A stretch of DNA of 38,466 nucleotides from Catajapyx aquilonaris (GCA_000934665.2 JYFJ02003739.1:1-38466), one strand, 5' to 3'. Counted from the stretch's first letter, positions 1-10,022 are shown. Numbers and translations: made by a program. The notes: generated from the sequence alone by a model not told the origin.

Positions 1-280
1 TCTCATGTGTTTTATTAGTTCATATGTTGGGTTAGCTTGCATCTCCCTTCATCGCTGACTACCCCTCATAGGGAAATGTCGTGATGTTGTTGTTGTTGAG
101 TCAAACACTTCTTTCGGTACATCTGGTACACGGAGATCAGGAAATTGAGCCTTTCTATACGTGTGGCCTACTCTCGACCCTTCGGCTGGGAAATTAGAAC
201 ATTTTCCGTACTCGCCAACATGAACTTAGACTTAGGGAGACTGAAAATGCATTGATATCCCATCGTAAGGCGCCACCAGC

Positions 281-415
281 ACTTCGAGTTATGGAGAACT
301 TCGAGTTACAGAAATTCGAGTTGGGGAAGTTTATTTCCCATTATTTTACATTGTGACCAACCAAGCTCATCATTTTCTTCGACTTAGGGAAGTTCAACTT
401 ACAGAAGTTTTACTG
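281..415. mobile_element. Truncated pogo/Tigger-like MITE end
   Basis: Five TTCRA(G/C)TT subterminal-type repeats ending in ...GAAGTTTTACTG (reverse complement CAGTAAAAC). The partner TIR was not found. Confidence 0.4.
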
Positions 416-424
416 AATCATTAA

Positions 425-984
425 CCCTAATAAGACGGGCATTTTTTTGGCGATTTTGCACATCTCAGAAAACAAATGTCTGTTTCAAGTATTTGCGCTT
501 CCACGCTCTGGAGAATACTTTTTAGGAACCTCCCACCCATAGCATAACATCAGACTCCCTACGATCAGTTAACCCCCGGCCCACAAGATGGTCGCGCGGT
601 CGGGGTTGTGCAGGTTGAGCCCCATCCAACATTATGTATTTCTTTTTAAAAGGTTTTAATAATATTTAGCACTAATTTTTGGGTGGAATCTCCTGAGGTT
701 TGGGGGCAACTATCTATGCCGAAATTTGCCGGCCAAGATCATGGGGGGAAGTGTTTTTTTCAGCGGCTGCAAAAAGATGATACTGGGCAGATGATGTCAT
801 TTAAGTTAATCTGGTTTATTTATGATAGATTTTGTAGTCCAAAATTCGCAATTTATTTTTACCTGAGAGAAAATTTAAAAAGCCACACAGAAATCACGTT
901 ACGTAGTGGAAAAACGCTGTAGCTTCGCCATCAGAATTTTTTAAAGCCAGCGTATCAGCACATGAAACCCCCATCTTATTAGGG
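425..984. mobile_element. piggyBac-like MITE
   Basis: TTAA at 421-424 and 985-988; TIR CCCTAATAAGACGGG / CCCATCTTATTAGGG (14/15); CCC...GGG termini; no transposase. Confidence 0.75.
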
Positions 985-1220
985 TTAAATGATTCCTTTC
1001 CCAAAAAGGTTTTGGATTTCATGCTCTTATCCAATGTGAAACACTAGTTGCTGGATCTTCCTGGAAGCAACCATATTAAGTTACTTAAGCATCAAACTCA
1101 TTAACTTGCTTGTTTAAACAACTCACCTTTTTATACAGGGTGATTCTCCCAAAACCGAACTCAAACATTCCTCAATAATTTTTTAATTATTGTATGGTTC
1201 TCAATGAAAATTGACATGTA

Positions 1221-1839
1221 CTATAGGGTCATTCCCACGTGCCACAAAATCTCGATCTTGAACCACGTTTCTGAGGCGCACAATCAGGATGTGATCAGGA
1301 TCGTTTGGTGACTGTTTCCACGGGCCACGTACTTTTCGTGATTTTCGGTGGAGTGGTCTGTAACCACGCCCACCCGCCTGGTGAAAAAATGACTCTCGCT
1401 TCGGCTCCCGGACAAAGGCACGGGTGACTCTACGATAGGCCTGGCTGTAATAGCATGGAGGCATGCTATCTACGTTATTACACAGGTCCTGGCTGCCCGC
1501 AGAGCGAGGGGGCAGACACGTGGGCAGACGGGGCCAAGCAGGGAGCCGCCATGTTGCCCGGTCCGGAGGGGGGAGTGACGTCAGGATCGCGACTCGAAAA
1601 CTGGCAGTCAACTTCCTCAAGCTGGTTACCACAGTCACCTTCGTAAACGCGTTCGGGTGGAGGAAGGGCATGTGGGAACACCCCAATCGCGATTTTCGGG
1701 GGTAAGGATCATGATCCTTGTGGCACGTGGGAATGACCCTTATATCGCCCAAAAAGATAGAGACGATTTTGCATTTGACTCAAGTGCAACTTGCACTTGA
1801 ATCAAATGCCAATCGTCTCTATCTTTTTGAGCGATATAG
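1221..1839. mobile_element. ~100 bp hairpin MITE (TA TSD), split near its left end by the 1225-1740 element
   Basis: CTATATCGCCCAAAAAGATAGAGACGAT...ATCGTCTCTATCTTTTTGAGCGATATAG forms a near-perfect palindrome (body 1741-1839, first bases at 1221-1224). TA at 1219-1220 and 1840-1841. Confidence 0.8.
1225..1740. mobile_element. GC-rich MITE with 3-bp TSD (PIF/Harbinger-like, tentative)
   Basis: Perfect 23-bp TIR AGGGTCATTCCCACGTGCCACAA / TTGTGGCACGTGGGAATGACCCT. TAT duplicated at 1222-1224 and 1741-1743; removing it restores the host palindrome end CTATATCG. Confidence 0.8.
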
Positions 1840-1841
1840 TA

Positions 1842-2053
1842 CACCCGCAAGCATAAAGATGGAGACGGCCAGCCCTCACCTTCGGCAGGCTGCTGTGTCA
1901 ATCTCAGCAATTACGGTATGAAATATACTGTCATAAATACACGAACACACGCCTGAAGCAGCAAACTCGGTCCAAAAAATAGTTCATTAATTTGAGTCGG
2001 ATAAAGAAAGGTAAAAAAAGGGCCTGCCGTCTCCATCTTTATGCTTGCGGGGG
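1842..2053 (+). mobile_element. 212-bp Tc1/mariner-like MITE (TA TSD)
   Basis: 28-bp TIR CACCCGCAAGCATAAAGATGGAGACGGC with 1 mismatch; TA at 1840-1841 and 2054-2055; related copy at 5748-5957. Confidence 0.85.
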
Positions 2054-2581
2054 TACTTACCTTGTATGATGCCAAACAAGTTCTGCCTAGAGAATATGCT
2101 GAAAATGGTCCCCTCCAGCATCCAGAAATTTTTGAATGCGAGTCTGCATATTGGCGTATATAATTATGTGCTAATGTGACATCATAATGGCAGCAAACTC
2201 CGGCCATATCAGGGCTAGAGGACGTCAATTTTTCTGGGCTTAATCCTGTTTATGTGCAGCCCTTGAGTAAACCCCACAAGAAGAAATCAGGTCTGGCGGG
2301 CCCCTTCAATTGGCTTCAGGGCTCCCGAGGCCGGGCAGGTGTACCCAGCTCATCGTCCGCCCCGCATGGCCCTGTATATGCCAATATGCAGACTCGCATT
2401 CAAAAATTCTTGGATGCTGGAGAGGATAATTTCCAGCATATGCTTTAGGCAGACCTTGTTTGGCATCAAGGTAAGTACATGTCAATTTTCATTGAGAACC
2501 ATACAATAATTAAAAAGTTATTGAGGAATGTTTGGGTTCGGTTTCGGGAGAATCACCCTGTTTAAGTAGGAATCTGTAATA

Positions 2582-3188
2582 ATAATTGAACCATGGAAAT
2601 TAAAACCGAGCTAACTCCAGTGAGGGGGAAAAAAATGACTTATGCCTCTCTTGCACTGACTCCTCGGAAAGCATAGAAGGGACCATCACACATGCATGGA
2701 ATTTGCAGGGCAGTTCCAGCCGACGATTCAACACCATCCACGTTGAAACGACGCTTGTTGGACATGTAGGTACTGCACAGCACACATTTGTAGTAACCCC
2801 CTCCCCACGAAGCCTTCTTGGAGTTGTTTCAGTTTTCTCTTCCATGGGAGTGTAATACAAAAGTAAGCTAACTCCCATGGATTGAATCCATTGGAGTTAG
2901 CTTACTTTTGTATTACACACTCCCATGGAAGAGAAAACTGAAACAACTCCAAGAAGGCTGCGTGGGGATGGGGTTACTACAAATGTGTGCTGTGCAGTAC
3001 CTACATGTCCAACAAGCGTCGTTTCAACGTGGATGGTGTTGAATCGTCGGCTGGAACTGCCCTGCAAATTCCATGCATGTGTGATGGTCCCTTCTATGCT
3101 CTCCGAGGGGTCAGTGCAAGAGAGGCGTAAGTCCTTTTTTCCCCCCTCACTGGAGCTAGCTCGGTTTTGATTTCCATGGTTCAATTAT
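2582..3188. repeat. 607-bp near-perfect palindrome (foldback element), ~300-bp arms, centre at 2884
   Basis: ATAATTGAACCATGGAAAT... mirrored by ...ATTTCCATGGTTCAATTAT; arms align throughout with few mismatches; 1-nt loop (GGATT G AATCC); no clear TSD. Confidence 0.9.
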
Positions 3189-3387
3189 GGTATACCATCA
3201 CACTGTAGGTATAAGTAGGAATCATTCATTCTCCACAAAAAGAACTCTTCCAATGATTAGGTGTAGGCATATTACACATCACACACCCTTTTTCTGTGAA
3301 TCAAATGGTTCTTGGCAAATAACATGTGGATTGTCAGTGGCTTATGTCTTCAGATTCTATGAAGTCATTTAGTCCACTTCATATAAT

Positions 3388-3471
3388 GGGTGGAATTTTC
3401 ATCACACTGGTAGTTACTGCAATGGTACTGCTAAGTTAGCAGCAACTAGCAGTGCGACAAAAATTCCACCC
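3388..3471. mobile_element. 84-bp Harbinger-like mini-MITE
   Basis: GGGTGGAATTTT...AAAATTCCACCC with ~33-bp imperfect arms; AAT duplicated at 3385-3387 and 3472-3474. Confidence 0.7.
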
Positions 3472-4533
3472 AATGTTGCTTCATTCATTCAAGCTCTCCA
3501 CAGATTTCACAACAGGGTTGCACAGCAGGTGAATCAACCCATACAAGAAAATTCAGCTGAAGTTTCTAACAGTTCATTAGCGCAACAGATTGAACAGAAA
3601 TGCATTCCAATTATTGGAGTGCCCATATCAGGTAGCAAATTGTTTTTGCCCTGCATATTATTTTAAAGTATTAATTAGGGATTATGCAAGGCTATGTTAA
3701 GACATTAGCTTGACATATGGTAAAATTGAATTGATGCATACCTACTATAAATTTCAGAACTAAGATATGGTATTAACCCATTCTGATCCACTGGCAACTG
3801 TAGCTGGACCCATTATTGAAAATGCAGGCTAAATCCCAGTGCTTCCAAAAGCCTGTCAGCATTACTAAGCTAAAATAAGCAGCTAACACACTGGTATTAG
3901 AAACTCCTAAATGTAACAATTCTAAGGACACCACTTAATGATAAGTGGTTTATGCAAAAAAAAATCTAACTGGACAAGACATTTCAATTGGAACAAACTG
4001 TTCATTCATTTCAATAATTACCAATTAAATCCAAGCGGTTAGTAGCAATGAATGCTAAATTTGAAGGTTAAGATCAGCTATTTTTCTGGGGTTATTTCAT
4101 GTTTTTTTTTTTTCCTTTTCTCTCTTTTTTTTTCTTTTTTTGCACAGGGCAAATAACACTTGTAGCATCTTTTTTTTACCTAATTCTTAAAACATTTTAG
4201 TTAGACAATATGTAACTTTTAAAATGATATGAATGAGCCACCAGAATATGTCTCACTTTGTGCATTTGATTTTTGCTGCCATCAGAGCATGTGATGAATC
4301 AACCAAATGCACATCAACATTATATGAAAACAAAAAAAAATAAATACATGGGAGAAAATCTTCNAAAAAAAAACATGGGAGAAAATCTTCAGAAGACAGC
4401 TCAAACCAAAACCAACTACATCAATGAGCTGCAATTTGAGGGCAGAGGGAAATGCGTCCCTCCCCACATTGATAAGTAGCTGCCTCATTATGAAATCATA
4501 TTTTAATTTATATTCAACATTCTTGCTATTTAC

Positions 4534-4671
4534 CTCCTCCCAGTTGTTTTGGCGTAGGCTCTCAATCTCCAGAAACAGGGTATTGATGTGTTCCACCTGG
4601 ATGGAAACCATGTCCCAGAATCCAGCCAAATCTCGGCAAGTTGTGGGAAACTGATCATCTTTTGAGGCGCT
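4534..4671 (-). CDS. vlc: DLGAP/SAPAP-family (vulcan-like) gene, internal coding exon, C-terminal half of the GKAP-homology domain
   Basis: Encodes SASKDDQFPTTCRDLAGFWDMVSIQVEHINTLFLEIESLRQNNWEE, matching the hallmark PTxxDLAGFWD...NNW motif of GKAP domains. Acceptor cactttcag|AGC, donor GAG|gtaaat; 138 nt, phase 0-0. Confidence 0.93.
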
Positions 4672-5544
4672 CTGAAAGTGACAGCTTGCATTAAATGAAA
4701 GTGTACAGGATACCCAGTGTCCATAATATAGTGGGCTGACATCTGCATCCAAGAAAATTTCATGCATGCTCCTCACCAAAGTTGGCACTCCTGAGTAGGC
4801 CATGCAGGCTGCATGCATGCACATGGTGACCCCACACTTTTAAGGAGGGTACCAATTTGAAGTAGGAATACATGCATAATTGCTAGCAATACAGATCTGA
4901 CATGACTATGAGACACCCCATGTATTGTAAGCATACAGAAGAAATCCACCAATTTTGGCGGCTTTGAGTTATTTGTCCTGTATGGTGACAATTTATCTGA
5001 TGCTTAAAAAATTATTACAAGTCAATATGAACACCTTGGGCGAAGAACAATCAAGGTCCACCTGAAACTGAGATATTCCAATTTCAAATTTCGAAGGCCC
5101 ATAAGGTCCTATTGTAAATCCCACTTTCGGGGCCTTCCATAGTGACAGATGATCATTACTCTCCAACCACGACCAAACCATCATATTCTACGCTAGTGAA
5201 AGTATTTTCTGACTGAGATACGTAACTCATTTTTGACAAAAAGTGGACTTAAATAGTTCTTCCCCCAAGGCCTTCACATATTCTACAGGAGGCACAATGA
5301 TGAGAGGTTTAAAAGCTGACGTTAGATGCTGCCCGTGAAGGGCAGGTGAATCACACAGGATATTACTGAATTGAAAAATTTAGCCGATCCCCCATCAGAA
5401 ATAGACAGAAATATGCACTTCATGTCAAAATGGAAGGAAGTGTGCATATATAGGAAGTCCACCGCAGGGTATGGTTGGATAACAAAAAAGGTCGGATAAT
5501 CCGAAGAGGAACTTTAATGAAACTGTAACCCTGTGTCAATTCCA

Positions 5545-5710
5545 CATCAACAAGCTGTCTCTGAAGGAAATTGGGCCTATGATCCCAAGGATTATCCTCA
5601 CTCCAGAAGTGGAGCACCAAATTCCCTAAATATTTCTTCTGGTGAAGTGGTGATTCATGTCCATCAGGATTGTCAGTGTCCCAAATTCTGCGGTTTTGAG
5701 TTTCCAGCAC
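5545..5710 (-). pseudogene. Frameshifted Tc1/mariner (Tc3/DUF4817-type) transposase fragment
   Basis: QNRRIWDTDNPDGHESPLHQKK then, after a frameshift, GIWCSTSGVRIILGIIGPISF, matching the family pattern QNxRIWxxENP..E.PLHxxK..VWCxxS...IIGP.FF. Confidence 0.7.
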
Positions 5711-5747
5711 TTGCTGTGGTGTCATTTGCTCAGCAACATTGGAGGTA

Positions 5748-5957
5748 CAGTCCCGAGCATCAAGCTGGAGACACTACGCGCCTTCTCTGACCTTCCATTA
5801 TCCGACTCAAATTAATGGACTCTTTTTGGACCCAGTTAATTGCTTTAGGCGTGTTTGTGTATTCATAAACTTATATTTGATACCGTAATGGCGATGATTG
5901 GCAGAGAACCCTGCCGAAGGGGATGGCCTGCCGTGTCCAACTTTATGCTCAGGACTG
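5748..5957 (-). mobile_element. 210-bp Tc1/mariner-like MITE, diverged inverted relative of 1842-2053
   Basis: TA|CAGTCCCGAGCATCAAG...CTTTATGCTCAGGACTG|TA. The reverse complement shares internal blocks (CCTTCGGCAGG, ATTACGGTAT, CATTAATTTGAGTCGGATAA) with 1842-2053. Confidence 0.8.
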
Positions 5958-5990
5958 TACATGTAATAAACATATAATAGATTTGCGTGG

Positions 5991-6344
5991 TTTTTTTTTT
6001 TTTAACGTTACCCCGTGATAAGGCTTTTTAGGGGGGTGGCGGCACACCACCATCAGTTTTCTAGTACTGAGTAGCCTACTTCTTCCCTTCAATCTCCGGT
6101 GCAGGGAATCAAGGACATTTGGTAAGGATAGGGATTTTTGGGGAGGGAACATGTGGTGCAAGTGCAAGGTCTGTAAAGGGTTAATGTGCTGTTCCCCAGG
6201 AGGTTAGGTTGCCAGACACCTCCAAGGTACAGGTCAGAGACCCTCCCGACGCAGGTGAAAGGAAAGCTCCCCAGGCGGGGATCGATCCTGGGGCCTTTCA
6301 CTCAGCAAGCCGAGACGTTACCATCTCGGCCATCTACACCTCCC
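5991..6344 (-). mobile_element. tRNA-derived SINE, full length, poly(A) tail
   Basis: Minus-strand head GGGAGGTGTAGA-TGGCCGAGATGG (A box) ... GGATCGATCCC (B box, 1 mismatch); 3' ATGGTGGT..CCCCCCTAA..CACGGGGT followed by an A run. Confidence 0.8.
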
Positions 6345-6374
6345 TGTGTCAATTTATTTACGATATAAGTAAAT

Positions 6375-6405
6375 TTTAGGGTTCGGTTATAAAAGAATCA
6401 CCCTG
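6375..6405 (-). mobile_element. Solo TIR of the 1136-2560 Tc1/mariner family
   Basis: TTTAGGGTTCGGTTATAAAAGAATCACCCTG|TA resembles TTTGGGTTCGGTTTCGGGAGAATCACCCTG (2531-2560). Confidence 0.55.
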
Positions 6406-6598
6406 TATTCTAATGGTTTTGACAGATACTAGTATGAAATCAAGTTCATGCACCAAAGGATGTGGCAGGGCAAGGTCTACTTTCCGAGAGAGACATGTTT
6501 CACTTGTGTCCACAGGTTTCAGGAACAGAAGTTCCTTTTTATTATTTCCTATTTATATAGATGTACAATAAAAAATAAAATAAATTTCGTGTGTGAAT

Positions 6599-6844
6599 TA
6601 GGGGTCCCATCACTTTCGGACCATTGTGCCCCATGCGTCGGGGTACAGTGGTCCATTTGGATAGAGCAGCTTCTAAATTATTTTTTTTAAGCCAAAGGGA
6701 TTGCACTGCCTGTGAATATATTAGTCACTTATATTACCAATAAGTACCTCCACCATGCTGCAAAATATTGGGTGAGTAGGCATAACAGGAACTCTTTTAA
6801 AAATTGAAATGTTCAAGTGGTCCACTGTGCTCTGGTCTCCCCTA
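6599..6844. mobile_element. Degenerate TA-GGGG-type MITE
   Basis: Right end GTGGTCCACTGTGCTCTGGTCTCCCCTA. Left end is rearranged (TAGGGG at 6599; GGGGTACAGTGGTCCA at ~6640, with a local hairpin). Confidence 0.4.
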
Positions 6845-6922
6845 ATATTAATCAGATAAGTAGCTGCTACATCATACAGCTCAAGCAACTACTTGAATAT
6901 ATCTGCTAGTATTGCTACTTAC

Positions 6923-7099
6923 GATGTTCTTATAGCAAAGACCAGAAAACTGCTCCATCTTCTGGTTCAGAAGGAGCCTAGCTTTGCCAGTAGCAGCCCT
7001 CAGCTTCCCGCTGGCTTCATCTGATAGCTGCCTCTTGTTGAGATCATATTCAGCTTGCTTGGCAAGACTGTGGATACGCTCCTTCTCCTTCTCCAGGAT
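6923..7099 (-). CDS. vlc: DLGAP/SAPAP-family (vulcan-like) gene, internal coding exon, GKAP-homology domain
   Basis: Encodes ILEKEKERIHSLAKQAEYDLNKRQLSDEASGKLRAATGKARLLLNQKMEQFSGLCYKNI, matching the GKAP pattern LSEE..GK..SA.G.A.LL..QK..QF.GLC..N. Acceptor gttcttgcag|ATC, donor ATC|gtaagt; 177 nt, phase 0-0. Confidence 0.95.
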
Positions 7100-7367
7100 C
7101 TGCAAGAACAGTTGATGTAATTTCTGTCACATATCACTTGTTGGCCTAACCACATGAGATATATTTTCAAAGTTAATAATGTGTACTCTTGTACAATTGA
7201 ACGGAAGCCCAGGTGGACTAGACTGTGGGTAGCTTAATTGCACCTAAATGTGACTGTGTTTCATACAGATCTATAGTCATACTTTGCTCATTGCATCCTC
7301 ACATGCAACTAAAAAGTGTAGAACCTGCCTCATCATTCATTATCCCTGCTTAGATAACAGTTTTTAT

Positions 7368-7570
7368 GTTTTTTTTGTTTTTTTTATTATGTACCCCGTT
7401 GTGGGCCTAAGCCCTATAGGGGGGTGGCACACCACCATCAGTTTTCTCAGTGTATTTACACTTTTTTTCTTCATTCACCGGTGCAAGGAGTCAAGGATGT
7501 CGGGTAGGGGTAGGGATTTTTTGGGGAGGGAACATAGGTGCAAGTGCAATGTCTACAAATGGGTCAGTTT
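7368..7570 (-). mobile_element. 5'-truncated SINE of the 5991-6344 family
   Basis: Colinear with 5991-6185 (GGCACACCACCATCAGTTTTCT, CCGGTGCA, TAGGGATTTTT..GGGAGGGAACAT, GGTGCAAGTGCAA); A-rich tail. Confidence 0.75.
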
Positions 7571-7839
7571 TTATGTTGCAATGTCTCGACATAGTGGCAG
7601 ACATTCACAATGACAGTTAAAAAGATGTTCCACAAATTTGGGACTGCAACTGGATCGAGATTTTGGAAGAATTATGGAAAACACCACTTTAACCTTCTGA
7701 CTGACAGGTGGTTTAACAGACTGCTTTTTGCATAAACTGGATTCTGTCACAAGTTGACAGTGTATCACTTTTAAAATGAACACGATCCTTTGGTAAGGTG
7801 AGCTACAAAAATACCAAGATATCACTTATTTCAAATATA

Positions 7840-8091
7840 CCGAGTGCTACCTTGCCCAAGTTCAGAAAAAAGGGGGCCCTTCCTGCATCTTTCAGCAAAT
7901 TTTTTTCATGTCTGTATAACTCATGCACTCGTCAGTAGTTTACTATTTCTCTTATAACAATTTTTTTAAAACTGCAACACCTGACCACACTTCTCTGCAT
8001 AGCAAGATGGTTGCCAACTTTGGCCGATAAATCCATCAACTGCCCCCACCATATTCACTTCAGACTGTCAACTTGGCAAAGTAACACCCTG
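7840..8091. mobile_element. Degenerate CAGGGTG-type Tc1/mariner MITE
   Basis: TA|CCGAGTGCTACCTTGCCCAAGTT ... AACTTGGCAAAGTAACACCCTG|TA. Confidence 0.5.
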
Positions 8092-8463
8092 TATACACAA
8101 ATGCTCAAGCTCTCTATCACCCTTGAGGATCAAAAGCAGCATTAGAGCTACTGGTCATATCCTAGGGCAAAGCAGTGACTCACTAGTCAAGTAAATATGA
8201 GGGTCAAAGATGCTTTACCTAGCATGCATCCATCCTGCAAGAAAGGACAGGTGTTTTATAACCTATGTAAACTATAATGCAGGGATTAAGCTGTCCAAAT
8301 AATTTAAAAATTCCAGCTAATTTGCACCTAAAAGTTCTAGCCGAATCAGAAAAGTTCTAGCCAAATCCTAAATGGACATGATGATCCGGCTTATTCACCA
8401 CTTTCATCTCAGGGCACAGCCATCTTTGGAGGTTCCATCGAGTTTCCCTATTCGCCGCTAGAG

Positions 8464-9670
8464 CAGTGGTTTTCAAACTGGGGTACGCGAAAGATAATGT
8501 GCAATGGCATCCAGTCTCTACATTTGCGGGAATCCTAATATTCTGATTCAACCAGAAGGAACCAACTTCTGAGAAAAAACAAAAAATGGTCCCACTTATT
8601 TCCATCTATCTTTTTTCTATTATAACAGTTGAAATCGGTCTGTTATAACCGAAAGTCTGTTACAGCCGAAGCTGTTATATCCAGATTCAACTGTATTATT
8701 TTAGGGAAGATTTATTATATGCAGAGGGATTTTCTGACTGATGCCATTTTCATTCAGCACACACATTGAAACTCAAGAAGCAACATGGCAGTGTTAACTA
8801 GAAAATGCCAAAAAGTGGAGTTAAGTCCCTTTCCTAATATCTGGTTCAATTCTACCACTGTGCTTTGCAATGTTGTGAAGGATTTGAAAATCAACTCTGG
8901 CTGCACAGGCTAATCTACCTGGCCTAAAAAAAATCGCGTCTCAACGAATGAAACAGAGGGCTTCAAGACATCACCGCCAATACAGCATTTCATGTGCAAA
9001 ACACGGAATTATTAAAGGAATTATCAAAAATTCAAGTGTTGGGAATGTTGAGTAGGCTACAAGGTAGCAAATTTTCTTGCTTTCCAACACTCCCAAGATT
9101 TTCAAAGCGGCAGTGGAGGCCCAGTTGAGGTCAGCTTTCAAGTCAACATATCGGATCACAAGAATCAACTGGCGCAATAGTTTATAATTAATATGAATTT
9201 TCAGAGATGGACATGCCAATCATTTGCATCTGGACTTTGAGATTTCTTTACCCCTCCCGAACATGTCAGAGCAGCATCAGGAAAAGATCATCAAATTTTC
9301 TACAAATGAAGTTTGAAATAACCCTTCTGACTTGGGGCTGAAAAAATGGACGCCTATCCGGGACTGGCAATCAGTAATCTGAAGTACGTAATACCATTTA
9401 CTAACTGCCTAATTATGTGAAGCTTCCAGTAGTTTTGCATTGATGTCCATGAAAACAAAATACTGTCATCGACTATGTTGCGAAAGACCTCAGGCTTAAA
9501 TTGACGCCATTTGTGAAAGACACAAAGCACACCCATCGCACCAACTGATAAGACAGTGCCCAGATTTACAATTTTCAGGTAGCCTAACAGGTTGGAGTTG
9601 GGGGGAGGATACAAATTGTCATGACAGATTTGAAAAGGGGTAAGCGACAAAAAAAGTTTGGGAACCACTG
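8464..9670 (+). mobile_element. Internally deleted hAT (Buster/Charlie-type) transposon with decayed transposase C-terminus
   Basis: Perfect 8-bp TSD CGCTAGAG (8456-8463, 9671-9678) with central TA; TIR CAGTGGTTTTCAAACT / AGTTTGGGAACCACTG. Region ~9346-9541 reads across frameshifts YPGLAISNLKYVIPFT / LCEASSSFALMSMKTKYCHRL / VAKDLRLKLTP / KAHPSH, the hAT dimerisation domain. Confidence 0.9.
8626..8693. mobile_element. Short pogo/Tigger-like MITE derivative nested in the hAT element
   Basis: CAGTTGAAATC...three CTGTTA(T/C)A.CC repeats...GATTCAACTG|TA; right end related to 22856-23412. Confidence 0.6.
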
Positions 9671-10022
9671 CGCTAGAGGGTTACAGGATTTTGTGATGAT
9701 GTCTCATAAAATCAAATTTGACTCGAAATTTAACGCTTGTGGTGCATTTTCCACCACAACTGACCACATATTTGGAATCTAGAGCCCGATAACATGCAAA
9801 ATATGGAAACCCTCCCTTTGATTTTTATTATTTTTTATTTGGGGCTTTTCAGCAAATTTCCCATGAGTTTGTCTAGCCCAAACTGGGCTTAATCCCTGTC
9901 TAATGTGACACCAAACTGGTCATTACGAGCCCAGAAGTTTCATTACAGGACCAGTGGCTAGTGGAATTCACACTCCCTCTCCCAGGAAATGGGATAACTG
10001 GTTGCAAAACTAGTGACCATAA

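Larger units (their letters stand above)
1136..2560. mobile_element. Tc1/mariner (Tc3/DUF4817-type) palindromic non-autonomous element, host of three nested insertions
   Basis: Termini CAGGGTGATTCTCCC...GGGAGAATCACCCTG. The ~190 bp arms (1136-1220 plus 2056-2160 versus 2373-2560) each encode a transposase-like C-terminus NMQTRIQKFLDAG(G/E)D(H/N)FQH(I/M)L*. Confidence 0.85.

Noticed and set aside
1201..1752. 183-aa and overlapping ORFs
   Set aside because: They lie within a GC-rich MITE bounded by TIRs and have no recognisable domain; chance ORFs.
2600..3184. Near-identical ORFs on opposite strands (MEEKTETTPRRLRG..CCAVPTC)
   Set aside because: They are mirror images forced by the palindrome. 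CCAVPTC resembles a THAP start but the later THAP residues are absent.
4346..4390. Direct repeat ACATGGGAGAAAATCTTC on both sides of a single N (4364)
   Set aside because: Typical unmerged contig overlap at a scaffold join, so probably an assembly artefact; ORFs 4273-4479 and the tail of 4282-4824 read through it and are not trusted.
1..4533. Expected Lys/Arg-rich C-terminal DLGAP exon(s)
   Set aside because: No suitable phase-0 open exon was found (the acceptor at ~241 hits a stop after two codons); presumed to lie beyond the left edge of the window.
4773..5540. Possible endogenous viral glycoprotein fragments in the short minus-strand ORFs
   Set aside because: No convincing motif; the only recognisable coding signal nearby is the Tc3-type transposase piece at 5545-5710.
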